NCBI RefSeq assembly: GCF_006345805.1
Contig: NC_043014.1
Coordinates: 44,144,001 to 44,208,000 of the forward strand
Reading direction: 5' to 3'
Source: Octopus sinensis
Lineage: Eukaryota
Length of the DNA stretch: 64,000 bases
Each line of letters opens with the position of its first letter. The first letter of the stretch is position 1. Made by a program: the position numbers and the translations under genes. The notes beneath the pieces are model-generated. The model was not told the DNA's origin, searched no databases, and saw nothing but the letters and a program-made list of their open reading frames with translations. Of the stretch, positions 22,416-34,896 are shown piece by piece.

Positions 22416-22805
22416 GCTATTCGATTACATCGACCTCAGTAGCTGACTGGTACTTTACTTTATACGCTCCGAAAGTATAAGACACAGGTCAAATGCAGTA
22501 TTTTTAATGTGCTTCGACGTGTAATAGCCAGTTGAACATTGAAATGGGGTATACAGTGTAAATGTGATCGAAGACTGTCTCTGTGATTAAGGACGTCGAG
22601 GTTTCAGGTTCAATTGCTCTGCGTGATACCTTAAGCGAGTGTTGTATATTATAGCCTCGGATCAGCTTCTCACGAGCTTAAGTGTTTGCCGTGTTGCCCT
22701 CGATACATTTTTCATATTAATTCTTTGCGGCAAAGAATACAAATTTGTTTTTTAAGAGTGACTGGGAGGAGGTAGTATTCATGTATTTCCGATATTTCGA
22801 AGCCT

Positions 22806-23270
22806 AAATGAAGTTTGATAGCTGACTTCTTATTACCCACAAGGGGCCAACAAAGAGGGGACAATACAATCTGATTTTGGGGTTAGATGAGCGAATGATT
22901 ATACAAAAAGATGACATTAAAATTTTTACAAAATTAAGAAAGTATAATGAAATCGAAATGAAGTTTGATAGCTGATTTTTTATTGCCCACAAGGGGCCAA
23001 AAAAAAGGGGACAATACAATTTGATTTTGGGGTCAGATGAGCGAATGATTATACAAAAAGATGACATTAAAATTTTTACAAAATTAAGAAAATATAATGA
23101 AATCGAAATGAAGTTTGATAGCTGATTTTTTATTGCCCACAAGGGGCCAACAAAGAGGGGACAATACAATCTGATTTTGGGGTCAGATGAGCGAATGATT
23201 ATACAAAAAGATGGCATTAAAATATTTACAAAATTAAGAAATATAATAAAATCGAAATGAAGTTTGATAG
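22806..23270 (-). repeat. Three tandem 150-bp units, each a LINE-type 3' tail plus a 16-bp host duplication
   Basis: Units start at 22806, 22956, 23106 and 23255 with AAATGAAGTTTGATAG. Each contains the reverse complement of the GCCCCTTGTGGG(T/C)AATAA tail. Confidence 0.85.
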
Positions 23271-23524
23271 CGTCGATTAAGAATTGAAACCGCACGCGCA
23301 TGCAAATAGCTGTTGATTGACCAAAAGAAAAAAATTGTTGGCATGATGGAATAGTTTATTTAAGGGCACTCTTTAAAATCGATGCAAGGTGTTTTCATAA
23401 TTTCTATTGTTTCCGAGACAATAAATACTAAATATGGTGAATTGATAAAAATTCAGAGAGAGGACATTTTTTTTTACGTTCGTTAGCTTCAAATCGACGA
23501 AAGAAGATTACATCTCAAGAAAGA

Positions 23525-24142
23525 ATGGCGGATTCTGAAAGAACTAGCAGAGATAGTTCTATGGAGAGTTTGAACATTGCTCGAAGTATGATCAATTTGC
23601 CAGGAACATCATATGGTTCGAGGCCAACGCGTCGTCTCTCACTTTCTTCTAATGTCAGCGATGAGGAACATATAGAAATGACCGCGCTGGGAGCATCTCG
23701 ACAAAACCAACCCCACGATCGACAGCAGAACCAGCAGCGTACTACAAACGATCGTATGAGACACAGTGTCTATATACGATGGGTTTATGCACTCATCTAC
23801 CTGTTGATGTCTTTCATTTGTTTATTCTGCAGCCTTATAGATCTGTCGCTACGAATCCGCAGTTTTTCAACTTTGCCATACTACTGGAATATTATTCTAG
23901 ACGCATTTATAGCCGTCAGCTCGTTGGTAATCTTCTGTATCGTGTTTCAACTTTCGAAGCGAAGATCAGATTTCCGTACTCGCTCTCTCAATCTGACTTT
24001 CGCATGTTCCATAGTTAATTTGTTTTCTGCTTCCAGTCTGTACTATATGCACACGCAGTGGCTAACTTTAGCCGCTCTTCTTTGTACTTTATTGCATATC
24101 ATTCTGTTTTCGTGTGCGTTATACGTTTGCAAGAAACGATAA
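23525..24142 (+). CDS. Tetraspan family paralogue G4 (205 aa)
   Basis: MADSERT start, RPTRRLSL..EEHIEMTALGASRQNQ, four TM segments. Confidence 0.85.
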   Translation: MADSERTSRDSSMESLNIARSMINLPGTSYGSRPTRRLSLSSNVSDEEHIEMTALGASRQNQPHDRQQNQQRTTNDRMRHSVYIRWVYALIYLLMSFICLFCSLIDLSLRIRSFSTLPYYWNIILDAFIAVSSLVIFCIVFQLSKRRSDFRTRSLNLTFACSIVNLFSASSLYYMHTQWLTLAALLCTLLHIILFSCALYVCKKR

Positions 24143-24404
24143 TAAACTGTCTTACCAAAAGACCAGATTCGCACGTAATGAATCTAACGGAATTTGCCAG
24201 CCTCTACAATAATGGCAAAAATGTCATTGTTGTAAACATCAGCATTTCTGCTTCCCCACCCTGCATTGAAGCTCAGATACTCTATACACTGTTGCTTGAT
24301 GTCTCTCACTTCAAAACCCTCACATTACCAAGCCATAATCGCCTTCTCGACAATCAGATCATCCGACTACTTCTCATTGGCCCCACTCCCAATGCTACAC
24401 AATT

Positions 24405-24490
24405 CTGATTTTTTATTACCCACAAGGGGCCAACAAAGAAGGGACAATACAAATCGGGGAACTTAAAAAATAACAAAAGTGGATGAAAAT
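24405..24490 (-). mobile_element. 3' tail fragment of the LINE/half-LINE family seen at 53970
   Basis: TTATTACCCACAAGGGGCCAACAAAGAAGGGACAATACAAATCGGGGAACTTAAAA. Confidence 0.65.
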
Positions 24491-25356
24491 ATTTGCCCAA
24501 GTCTCGTATTTTCCGCTTTTCTGTAGTAGATAGTTTCACGAAATATTTTTCGACAGACTAATTATCTATCTATTTTTTTTCCTCTCCCCCTTTTTTCTTC
24601 TTTTTTCATTTTTCTTTTTTCCCTTTTTTCTTTTTCTTTTTTTTTGTTCTTTTTTCCCATTTACGATCCCTTTTGATCGAAAACCTACGCCACCTTTCTT
24701 TTTTCTTTTTTTCTCCCCCAAAAGAAAAGCTCTACCTTGTAACTTGTCCCATCTGTGTGCAGCCCTGTGTGGCCAATAAAGAAACTTATCTATCTATCTA
24801 TCTTACTATCTATCTATCTGTTTTACTATATCTATCTATCTATCTGTTTGACTATATTGATCTGTCTGTCATGTCTGTTTGTTTGACTATACCTATATAT
24901 ATATATAATATATATCCATCTGACTGGATATGACTAAGAATAGAGATTTCTTTTTGTTTTTTTTTTATAAGAGCGACTAGGAGGTGGTAGAGACCATATA
25001 TTTCCAATAACATTTTGATGCCCTTAAGAAGATTTATAACGTTAAGAATTGAAACCGCGCGTAGATTAGAATGATCTGCATGCAAGAAAACTTTGACAGA
25101 GAGGAAAAAACTGAAGTTGAAATGATGGAATAGTTTATTTAAGGTTTATTTAAAATCAACGCGAAGTATTTTTTCTGAATTTCTATTGTTTTCTAGACAA
25201 AATTCTGTCATATGTATGACAAAGTTTTTTACTAACTGGCTCACTACAAGCACTGGCCTTTCTACTAAACTACGGTTAAATACTAGAATTGATCAATTGT
25301 TTATAATGCGGGGAGAGGAAATTTTTTTTTATGTCAGTTAAACTTCAAATTTTCAA

Positions 25357-25992
25357 ATGGAGAATTCAGAAAGAAAGGAAAATTCTGACGGAATTAATGG
25401 AGAAGGTCCTGTGGAGGATTCCAATAATGGGTCAGATATGAGCAACTTGCCAGGAACATCGAATGCTTCGAGGCCAACACATCGTCTGTCACTCGCTTCC
25501 AACGTCAGTAATGAGGAGAATATCGAAATGACCGCGCTGGGAGCATCTCGCCAAAATCAACCCCGCGATCAACAGCAGAATCAACGGAACACTACGAAAT
25601 ACTATAGGATACACTGGGTCTTTCTGCTCTTCTACCTGGCGATGTCATTTATCTGTTTATTCTGCAGCATTATAGATCTGTTGGAAAGAGTTCGCAATTA
25701 TTCAGTCATGTCAGACTACTGGAATATACTTCTAGACGTGGTTATTGCCGCCAACTCGTTGACAATTTTCTGTATCACCTTTCAGTTTTCGAATCGAAAA
25801 TCAGACTTTCCAAATCGTACTCTCGTCCACTGTCTCCTATGTGCCGTATTTAATCTATTGTCGGCTACAATTATCTACTATTTGCATTACGAATGGATAA
25901 CTATAGTAATTTTCATCTGTACATTCATACTTTTATTTCTGTTGTATCTACCGAGGTTGATGTCGAATTTTACAGTTATTCAAAATCTATAA
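25357..25992 (+). CDS. Tetraspan family paralogue G5 (211 aa)
   Basis: RPTHRLSLASNVSNEENIEMTALG, YWNILLDVVIAANSL, FPNRTLVHCLLCAVFNLLSATII. Confidence 0.87.
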   Translation: MENSERKENSDGINGEGPVEDSNNGSDMSNLPGTSNASRPTHRLSLASNVSNEENIEMTALGASRQNQPRDQQQNQRNTTKYYRIHWVFLLFYLAMSFICLFCSIIDLLERVRNYSVMSDYWNILLDVVIAANSLTIFCITFQFSNRKSDFPNRTLVHCLLCAVFNLLSATIIYYLHYEWITIVIFICTFILLFLLYLPRLMSNFTVIQNL

Positions 25993-26624
25993 TCAACTTC
26001 AACTGTCTATATTCGAGATTTCTAGCATTTTTTTTTATTACGCTTTGATGTAGTTAATTCATTATAACACTTAAATATTTTAATTACCTTTAAAAACTTT
26101 TGAGATTAACTTAAACATAACCAGGCTTTTCTAAAAATAGTGACTACACTGTCGGAGAAAATTCTTCTTTTAATATTTATTTCTTGGTTCCATTACATTA
26201 GTGGATTCCACACCCAGAAAATTTATAACATTTTACATTATATAGGATATTCTTGTGGAATGGAATACTAAAATGCCTTCCACAAGACCAGATTCACATA
26301 AAACGAATCTCATAAAATTTGCCAACCACTACAATAATGAGAAAAAAAAACTTATTTTCTCTAACCATCAAGATTTCTCTCTCCCTACAAAAATAAGACC
26401 TTCACAAAATAATTTTTCTTGCACAGACACCACTAGCTTTTTTAAACTATCATACATAAATACACCTAATCTCCGAACAACTTGAATCACCAGCAACTCT
26501 TAGAAAATATACCCTCTTGCATTTGTAATATATGGCTCACATAAGGGCGGCGAGCTGGCAGAAACGTTTGCGCGCCGGACGAAATACTTGCCGGTATTTC
26601 GTCTGCCACTACGTTCTGAGTTCA

Positions 26625-27400
26625 ATAGCTCCACGTTGTTACAAGTGTGGCCTGAGGGGTCACATAAGAGCCTTCTGCCCTCCCCCAGGGAAAGAAATGG
26701 ATTCCGAACCACAGAGAGAGAAGCAGAAACCAGAGGAGAAGGAGACAGTAGAAGAGAATTCACAGAAATGGAAAGAAGCTGGAAATAAGAGGAAGAGAAG
26801 AATACGAGGAAAAGAAAATAACATAGAACACCAATCCACCCCAACACCACCCACACCCTCTGAGACCCACCCTATCCCTGCAGACAGTGAACCCGCCCGC
26901 TCCCCTCCAACAAGAAAACAAAAGAAAAAAAAATAATACAGACAGACAAGAGTTTGAAATCGAACCCAGGCCGAACATTTATATTATGACTGAACAGAAA
27001 GAAGTTAAAAGGGTAATGGAAGAGCATAAATGGTATGAAATAGGTGAGACCAGATATGCAGTGCTGGAAAAGAATATAGATGAGTTTGTGTTGAGGTGTG
27101 AAAGGGAGAATTGGGAGGTGAAAGATACAAGAATGAGCGATGAATTCGTGGAAAATATGGAGGAGTATTTCGGAGTAAGAATGGATATGGATGGTCTTCG
27201 TATTGGGAATGAACATTCAGGTGACAGTGAAAACAAAAGGACAGGTAAGTGATGCTGGCGGAGGGGGCCGTTAGCATCGCTTTCATATTATCATTTTTTC
27301 ATCTTAATATTCATTTGCTCATAAATTTAATCATATTGTTCTATGTCCCCCATGTTTTGTTATGTACGCCAGTCTTCGTAGCCCCTGGTGGGTAATAAAG
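26625..27400 (+). mobile_element. ORF1-only element, subfamily B, 5'-truncated and frameshifted, joined to a SINE head at 26544
   Basis: APRCYKCGLRGHIRAFCPPP knuckle and a P/T-rich linker. The 3' end GTAAGTGATGCTGGCGGAGGGGGCCGTTAGCATCGC and the tail are shared with subfamily A. Confidence 0.75.
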
Positions 27401-27770
27401 AATTAACTACGTTCGAGTTCAAATTCCGCCGAGGTCGACTTTGCCTTTCATCCTTTCGGGGTCGATTAAATAAGTTCCAGTTACGCACTGGGGTAGATCT
27501 AATCCACTTAATCCGTTTGTCTGTCCTTGTTTGTCCTCTCTGTGTGTCGCCCCTTGTGGGTAGTAAAGAAATAAGAAACATTAACACACCGGGTGAAATG
27601 CTTAGCAGTATTTCGTGTGTCTTTACGTTCTGAGTTCAAATTCCACCGATGTCGATTTTACCTTTCATCTTTTCGGTGTCGATAAATTAAGTACCAGTTG
27701 CATACTAGTGGCGGTCTGATCGACTGGCCCCTCCCCCAAAATTTCGGGCCTTGTGCCTAGAGTAGAAAAG
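27400..27770 (+). mobile_element. Two partial SINE family A copies
   Basis: Core GAGTTCAAATTCC(G/A)CCGA.GTCGA..TT.CCTTTCATC. Confidence 0.8.
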
Positions 27771-27789
27771 AATGTTTCACATCACCCCA

Positions 27790-28000
27790 TTCTGAAGTCC
27801 TCGTTCTCGGTGACTTCAATTCTCACAACTGATGGTAGCACTCATACTCATCCTACACCGATGCAGTCAGTGAGAAGCTAAATCTCTTGCAATTCTCAAC
27901 TCCTTACATGAACTTGTTGCATCCTTTATTCACCTTCTAAATCGACACTTAAATACTCCATACACGCTCGATGTCTTTCTCACCTCAAAACTCACACATT
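27790..28000 (+). mobile_element. Old LINE apurinic-endonuclease fragment
   Basis: Translates VLVLGDFNSH. Related decayed sequence lies downstream of G2 and G4. Confidence 0.45.
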
Positions 28001-28465
28001 ACCATACCACAATGTTCTTAACTATCAGGTCATCCGTCAAGGTGAGGAATTTGTACGCCACTGAAACCGGGAAACTGGCCCTTACGAGCCTGGCATGGCT
28101 CGAGAATGAAACATTTATTTTGTTTTATTTTATCTGTACATAACTGAGTGAAACTAAATAAAGCTTGTACAACACTTTTTGCTACTCTCTCGTTTCCATT
28201 ACAAGATGTCCGGTACTATTCTGACGATGAGTATTGTGCCGGAGTATCTCTCCCCTAGAAGAGTTGCCTTCCCCCACGGCTTTGTCAAAAACAACGACAG
28301 CCTCCTCTACCCCCGGGAAATCTATTTAGTCCATACGCGGAACTCCCAAAAGTCCTATTGATCCGGGTCAGAACAGACTGTGGAGTAATGGTGATTAAGG
28401 GTCCACGCTCTTCAGAACTTCCGAACTAGAGCCCCAAAACCGGATGCAGTTTAATGTCATATTCA

Positions 28466-28466
28466 A

Positions 28467-28515
<49 letters not shown>
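28466..28515. repeat. (CA)n microsatellite
   Basis: Direct reading. Confidence 0.95.
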
Positions 28516-28518
<3 letters not shown>

Positions 28519-28838
28519 AATATCATCGATTATTTAGGCACTCACCGCTGACATTTTGTTTTGTGATTCACAACACAATTATAATATTGATTCCTTATGA
28601 CAAGTACTATCCACTTTTTGCTAGGGTTTCTAAGAGGATGTAAGTTTTCGTAAATTTCCAACGCTATTACAATTCTACATTGCCCTGACGGTTTTAGTCG
28701 AAAAAAATCAATCCCAGTACATATTTTGAAGTCTGGTACTTAATCTATCGCTTAGTTTTGTCGATCTGTGAGCTTTCAGCAATGTAAACAAATTGAGTTA
28801 CCACCTGTATGTCCGTGGGTAACCCGAAGTGATTTTGT

Positions 28839-29432
28839 AGATCTTTTCTGTTGCTGTCAAAGTTTTTGAAATTTCAAAAGTAAATAAAAATTTTCAAATT
28901 TGGTCTATTGATATAATTTTTCACACTGAATCTGATGCTGGTATTCACGCGTTCCAGAAAAGTTTTAGAAAAATGTTACAGAGGTTTAAAAGTTGATCCT
29001 TTTTATCCAATCAGAAAACAGGATTTGGAAGCTGGCATTTTGTGCGTGATAGCTGTCTAGCACAAGATTAATACAAAAACCAAAGCAATATATTATCACA
29101 ACGAAAGTTGTAAGAAGTTTTGAAGTTTTAAGAAGTTTAAATGAATAAAGTCGTGTGAAACATTGAAACAGACAATATAGAAATGGGAAACAATGTATGT
29201 TAGATTACAAAAAAAAGACATATATATATATAGGCGCGGGCGTGGCTGCGTGGTAAGCAGCTTGCTTCTCAACGACATGGTTCCGTGTTCAGCCCCACTG
29301 CGCGCCACTTTCGGGAAGTGTCTTCTACCATAGCTTCGGGCCGACTAAAGCGCTGTGAGTGGATTTGGTTGACGGAAACTGAAAGAAACCCGTCGTTTAT
29401 GTGTGTGTGTGTATACGTGTATGTATATATAC

Positions 29433-29470
<38 letters not shown>

Positions 29471-29505
29471 GTATATATATATATATATATGTATGTATAT
29501 CTATC

Positions 29506-29551
<46 letters not shown>

Positions 29552-31403
29552 CGCGCGCGTTTTTGTGTGTTCGTCCACTATCACCGCTTGGTAGCCGGTG
29601 TTGGTGTGTTTACGTCCCCGTAACTTAGCGGTTCGGCAAAAGCGTCCGATAGAGTAAATACCAGGCTTTAAAAAAAATTGGTTTTGGGGTCGATTTGTTC
29701 GGCTAAAACGCGGTGCCCCAGCATGGCCGCAATCAAATGACTGAAACAAGTAAAAGATATTGTATGTTAAATTACACAAAAATAATAACAAAAACACGTA
29801 GACTGTGCCTTATACCATTCTAGTTCGGTTTATGTAAACAATTGATTCAATTTTCGTAGCGAAAATTCAAAAATTCTAGGATTAGACTCTCAAATAAATT
29901 GCAATTTTCGTATCTCCTGCGCCACATAAACTCGCAGAGATACGAGTCAACCATAGAACGGTGAGTCACACAGCGTCGTTTATTCTCTCTTTTTACACCG
30001 GCTCATATGCTTGTTTTCATTTGTTGTGAGTTGTTACCATTTTTCGAGTTAATAAACTCAACGTTATGGTTCTTTGTCGAAACTTATAGCCATAAGTTTC
30101 AAGAATGTGAGAGTAGGCTCTCCACAAATCACTGAAAATTGTAGTTCCAGGAAGAGCCCACAGACGTATGCATTCTTCTAGTGTGTTGCGATTCCGACAT
30201 GGTACTACATAAGAAAAATGTGTCTGGTCTCGTGACACACTCCTCCAAAAACTCACGTTATGGTTCTTTGTCGAAACTTATAGCCATAAGTTTCAAGAAT
30301 GTGAGAGTAGGCTCTCCACAAATCACTGAAAATTGTAGTTCCAGGAAGAGCCCACAGACGTATGCATTCTTCTAGTGTGTTGCGATTCCGACATGGTACT
30401 ACATAAGAAAAATGTGTCTGGTCTCGTGACACACTCCTCCAAAAACTCACGTTATGGTTCTTTGTCGAAACTTATAGCCATAAGTTTCAAGAATGTGAGA
30501 GTAGGCTCTCCACAAATCACTGAAAATTGTAGTTCCAGGAAGAGCCCACAGACGTATGCATTCTTCTAGTGTGTTGCGATTCCGACATGGTACTACATAA
30601 GAAAAATGTGTCTGGTCTCGTGACACACTCCTCCAAAAACTCACGTTACGGTTCTTTGTCGAAACTTATAGCCATAAGTTTCAAGAATGTGAGAGTAGGC
30701 TCTCCACAAATCACTGAAAATTGTAGTTCCTTGAAGAACCCACAGACGTATGCATTCTTCTAGTGTGTTGCGATTCTGACATGGTACTACATAAGAAAAA
30801 TGTGTCTGGTCTCGTGACACACTCCTCCAAAAACTCACTGTTCAGGTAGCACCCTTCCTCGGTTGTATTTAAGTTTTGAGAAGATGTTCGTTTCTGAAAA
30901 AAAAAAAAAAGAAACACCCAGGTGAAATAGGCAAAAATGGGGTCGTACAAACGATCAGAAAATAAGCACTTGTCAAATGAAATATATTTCTTTATTTACC
31001 TATAAAAAGGTTTACATGGAGGGGTATTTACAAGGACAGACAAGGGACATGTAGGGTACAAACACGCTTCTTATATACAAGATGAAAAGACAGATGGATT
31101 TACATATACGGATGGGAGTTAACTTGTCAAAGGAAATAGGTAAAAATAATATATGTGCTTTTATTAGTTTAAGCAGATCATAATTTGGCTTGTTTCTATG
31201 GAAACAGGCACCGGTATGTATGTGGCTTTCAATTGGTTAAATTACTCAAAGCTTGCAAACTTTAAAAGCTATTAACGTTTTATGGCAATAATAAATTTCA
31301 TTTCCATAATTAGCATGTAAAACTACACCAGTACACCAAATATGAAAATAGTTTTAAACAAAATTTAGAAAATTTAAAACTGTGTTAGCAACAGAAAAGA
31401 TCC
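28839..31403 (-). mobile_element. Merlin transposon relic with nested SINE C (29233-29760) and a retroposed tail
   Basis: 16-bp inverted ends GATCTTTTCTGTTGCT / AGCAACAGAAAAGATC, with no clear TSD. Transposase remnants VVPCRNRNTLEECIRLWALPGTTIFSDLWRAY. Confidence 0.65.
30059..30838 (-). repeat. 194-bp unit x4 within the Merlin transposase remnant
   Basis: Identical ORF fragments recur with period 194 (ends at 30256, 30450, 30644, 30838). Confidence 0.9.
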
Positions 31404-31575
31404 GTTTATGCTTTATGTAACTATATCCTGTGTTAATTATTGTTTCATAAGGTATGGATGTGTGATTAAGAAGCTCACCTTACAACCACGTGATTTCGAC
31501 TTCAATCCCATTGTCTGACACTGGTCCTCAAGCTGTTGAGGAGTCAAACACAAAGGCACACGCGCGCGCGCTCAC

Positions 31576-31618
<43 letters not shown>

Positions 31619-31815
31619 CAAAATAAGCAACAAGAATAACTTCGGTAATTTGGTACGATCGTTTCACGCTACATCATTTTATTAAATGTTGTAAGTATTA
31701 CAACAATTTTGAAATGCTGAGCACTCAGCCATTAATAGAGGTTTTCCATTAATACATAATTTTCATATCAATTGATAACATTATAGAGAAGGTAGATATA
31801 TAGACAAAGATGTGG

Positions 31816-31855
<40 letters not shown>

Positions 31856-32139
31856 CGAGCTTCCGCATAGTTTTCGTCAACAAAATTCACTCACAAGGTA
31901 CCGTGATGCTGAAAGGGCTGAAGAAAAATACATTCTTCCGTGGTCAAGCCCTCATTGACCGTTTCGTGTTTCATACGAATAGGATAGTGAGTGAGGAAGT
32001 GCGGCTTCCCAGTAAACTTGTTGAAAGGTGGACAAAAGTGGCGGGCATTGTCCAAGTGAACAAGCCTCTAGATTAGAGGGTGAGAGAGAGCGTGTTGCCT
32101 TATTAGTCTGGATAACCGTAATTTTCATGGGGATTTCGA

Positions 32140-32345
32140 CATGTAACATAAGACCAGCAATTTTAGGGAAGAGCTAAGTCGATTACATCGACCCCAGTGT
32201 TCTGCTGGTACTTGTTTTTTCAATAAAAAAAAGCATGAAAGGCAAAGTAGACCTCGGCGGAATTTGAACTCACAGTGTTAAAACGGATGAATTGCCACTA
32301 AGCATTTTGTCCGGAGTGCTAATGATTCTACCAGCTGGCCGCTTC
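32140..32345 (-). mobile_element. SINE family A, diverged
   Basis: GAAAGGCAAAGTAGACCTCGGCGGAATTTGAACTC core. Confidence 0.75.
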
Positions 32346-32391
32346 GACGAGTAACATAATGCCACAAACCAAAAGGAAGTTTAACAAAATC

Positions 32392-32812
32392 GGATCTTTT
32401 CGGTTTGAACGGCAGTTTTTTCTAGCGGTGTCATATGAAATTGTCACCCATAATTATGACCCTAGTATCGATCTATTGCATTTCAATGTTTTAGGGTTAG
32501 GGTTAAGGTTAGGGGTGGGGGGAAGGGTAAATTTTTTTCTTCACAGATGTAAATAAACCCAATCTGTTTCTTAAACGAGGGACATATTCATACGGCACAG
32601 AATGCTTTTTAACTCAATAGACGTCATTGATTGGTTGAAATTGCAGAAACTGAAGAAAAAAAACAACAAATATCTTACAAACTATAGAATTTTCTCAATA
32701 AAGCCAAGAGAAAAAGATGTTCTATAAACACATTCTACCAGTATACGAAGTTTAAAATTTTTTAGTTACCTAGAAATTATGTTAAAAACTGCCTTTCAAA
32801 CCGAAAAGATCC
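32392..32812. mobile_element. Merlin-type MITE inserted just upstream of the G6 conserved block
   Basis: TIRs and 8-bp TSD ACAAAATC. Confidence 0.9.
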
Positions 32813-33062
32813 ACAAAATCAACTAAGAATTGAAACCGCGTCATAGATGAGAACGTACTGCTTGCAAAGCAATGAGATTGAATTTTTAAAATCCGTTGAT
32901 ATTATGGAATAGTTCATTTAAGGTCAGAACAAAGATTTGTTTCGTTCCTATTGTTTCTTACAGAATAAATACAAAACATGGTAGAAAGAAGAAGAAAAAA
33001 AAAAAAAAAAACATCGCGTCTTAGCTTCGAGTCAGCAGAAGAACAATTTATCTCACGAGAGG

Positions 33063-33647
33063 ATGGCAGGTTCGGAAAGGGTTGAAGAAAATACTGACGG
33101 AGATTGTCCTGCGGATAAATTGGAAAATGCTACGACTACAGGAGATTCGATACCAACAAGCAGTTCGTCAATTACTTCTTCTAGCAGCACCGACGAAAAC
33201 GAAGAACTTACGCAACTAATGGCGGAATCTTGGGAAAATCAGAACCAACGTCACACGGTCAGGTATTCTGATATACACTGGCTGTTTATACTCACCTGCC
33301 TGGTATTGAGTTCGATTAGTTTGTCCTGCAGCATTACATACCAGTTGCAACCCGTTCGCAAGTCTACAAATCTATCGGACCATTGGGATTTAATTCTAGA
33401 CGCGATTATAATCGGCAACTCGTTGGTAGTCTTGGGTGTCTTTTTCCCGATTTGGAAGCAAAGATTGGTTTTCCCAAACCGCACTCTCGTCTACTGTCTC
33501 TTCTGTACCATATTTAACATGTTGTCTGCTGCCATTATTTTCGGTTTACATTATGACCGGAATATACTTGCTATTCTTGTCAGTAATGTCATCCTTTATA
33601 TTCTATTGTATGCACAGGACACCAAGTTGAGATGTATAGCACCTTAA
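33063..33647 (+). CDS. Tetraspan family paralogue G6 (194 aa)
   Basis: IHWLFILTCLVLSSISLSCSI, GNSLVVL, WKQRLVFPNRTLVYCLFC. Lacks the RRLS motif. Confidence 0.8.
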   Translation: MAGSERVEENTDGDCPADKLENATTTGDSIPTSSSSITSSSSTDENEELTQLMAESWENQNQRHTVRYSDIHWLFILTCLVLSSISLSCSITYQLQPVRKSTNLSDHWDLILDAIIIGNSLVVLGVFFPIWKQRLVFPNRTLVYCLFCTIFNMLSAAIIFGLHYDRNILAILVSNVILYILLYAQDTKLRCIAP

Positions 33648-34059
33648 TATCTGTAACAAACTTTAACTTTCCACATTCAATCATTCATGTTTTATATTTT
33701 TTTATATTTTTCTAAGTAGCTTCCAACTTTTAAATTCCAACTTTTAAACTTTTTAAAAATATATATAACCAAACATCCCACTTATAGTAACTACACTGTT
33801 TGATTTCAATTTTCTTTTAATAATCTAATTTCAATTTTCCTTTTAATAATTTTAATGTTTTATACACGTTACAGTAGTGAATTCTACACCCTGAACTTCA
33901 CAGAAAACTCGTAACGTTTCATATGATATGATATCTGCGTGTGCTATTAACTACAAACCTACTACACAAATTATACCCACATAAAATGAATCTAAAACAT
34001 CCGAACCACGCAGATCATGTTATATAATCACCATGTTTTTACTTTATGCAAAATAAACT

Positions 34060-34420
34060 GCAAGGACTTGGCAATCTTGAATTTTCAAGGTCACGAATTC
34101 ATTTAAGGCTACAAAGAAAAAAAAACCAAAGACAGTTTGCCTCCTAGAATACAAAAATTTCGTCATAGTTTCAGACAGGAAATTTTATGCCATTTGGTAT
34201 AAAATTAGCAACAGAATATAGCCATTGTTTAAAATAATGGCCGATTCTGAAAGAACTGATGGAAAAAGCTCTATGAAGTAATAAACGCTAATGCAAGTAG
34301 TTGTAACTTTATATGGAGATTGATTCGTGGCCATTCTCTTTACAGTACGCCATCTTGTCTTGGTAAGAGAGCTTAAACTAATCATTGGAGCTATGTTGCA
34401 AAGGGAGATGGTGACCATCT
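34060..34420 (+). pseudogene. Type-II remnant (upstream block + MADSERTDG, then stop)
   Basis: ATG at 34237; homologous to 21533-21720. Confidence 0.6.
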
Positions 34421-34455
34421 CATTCTCCCCCCCCGCCACCAGTGTGGGTTTTATC

Positions 34456-34896
34456 CAGGGTCGGATTAAGACCCATCGAGGCCCTAAGCACTCGAAAGAT
34501 TTTGGTGCCCCCATAAAAGCTTACGTAATTCAAAATATAAACAATAACAAACCATTTTTATTTTCAAAAAATACAACAGTAAGAGGGGGAATCTTTTTTT
34601 TTTTTTTTTTTTTTTTTTGTATACTCCCACTTCATATGAAGTTTTTATTTTTCTATTGTTTCCAAGACAATAAATACCAAACATGATGAATTGCTAAAAA
34701 TGATTTATTTTTTTCATTAATCAGATCCTCAAAATTAATCTTCGGTGACCCCTTAAGGTATCCCGAATATTATGTTAGCAAGTTTAAAGTGATTTCTTTT
34801 GTGCCGTAAACTATTTACCATTTCTGTGGTGCCCCCCCCCGCTTCCTTTCATGCCCTAAGCAGTGCTTATTTTGCTTAATGGTTAATCCGGCACCG
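34456..34896. mobile_element. hAT-like MITE
   Basis: Imperfect TIRs CAGGGTCGGATTAA / TTAATCCGGCACCG and a subterminal GCCCTAAGCA. The TSD is poorly preserved. Confidence 0.5.

Noticed and set aside
22183-22446. Poly-Glu and poly-Arg ORFs
   Set aside because: Translations of a (GGA)n microsatellite with no flanking coding signal.
22806-23301. 165-aa repeat ORF on the minus strand and a possible CRISPR-like array
   Set aside because: The units are whole tandem duplications with no unique spacers and contain a LINE tail; the ORF is a by-product. The same applies to the 29-, 34- and 194-bp repeats.
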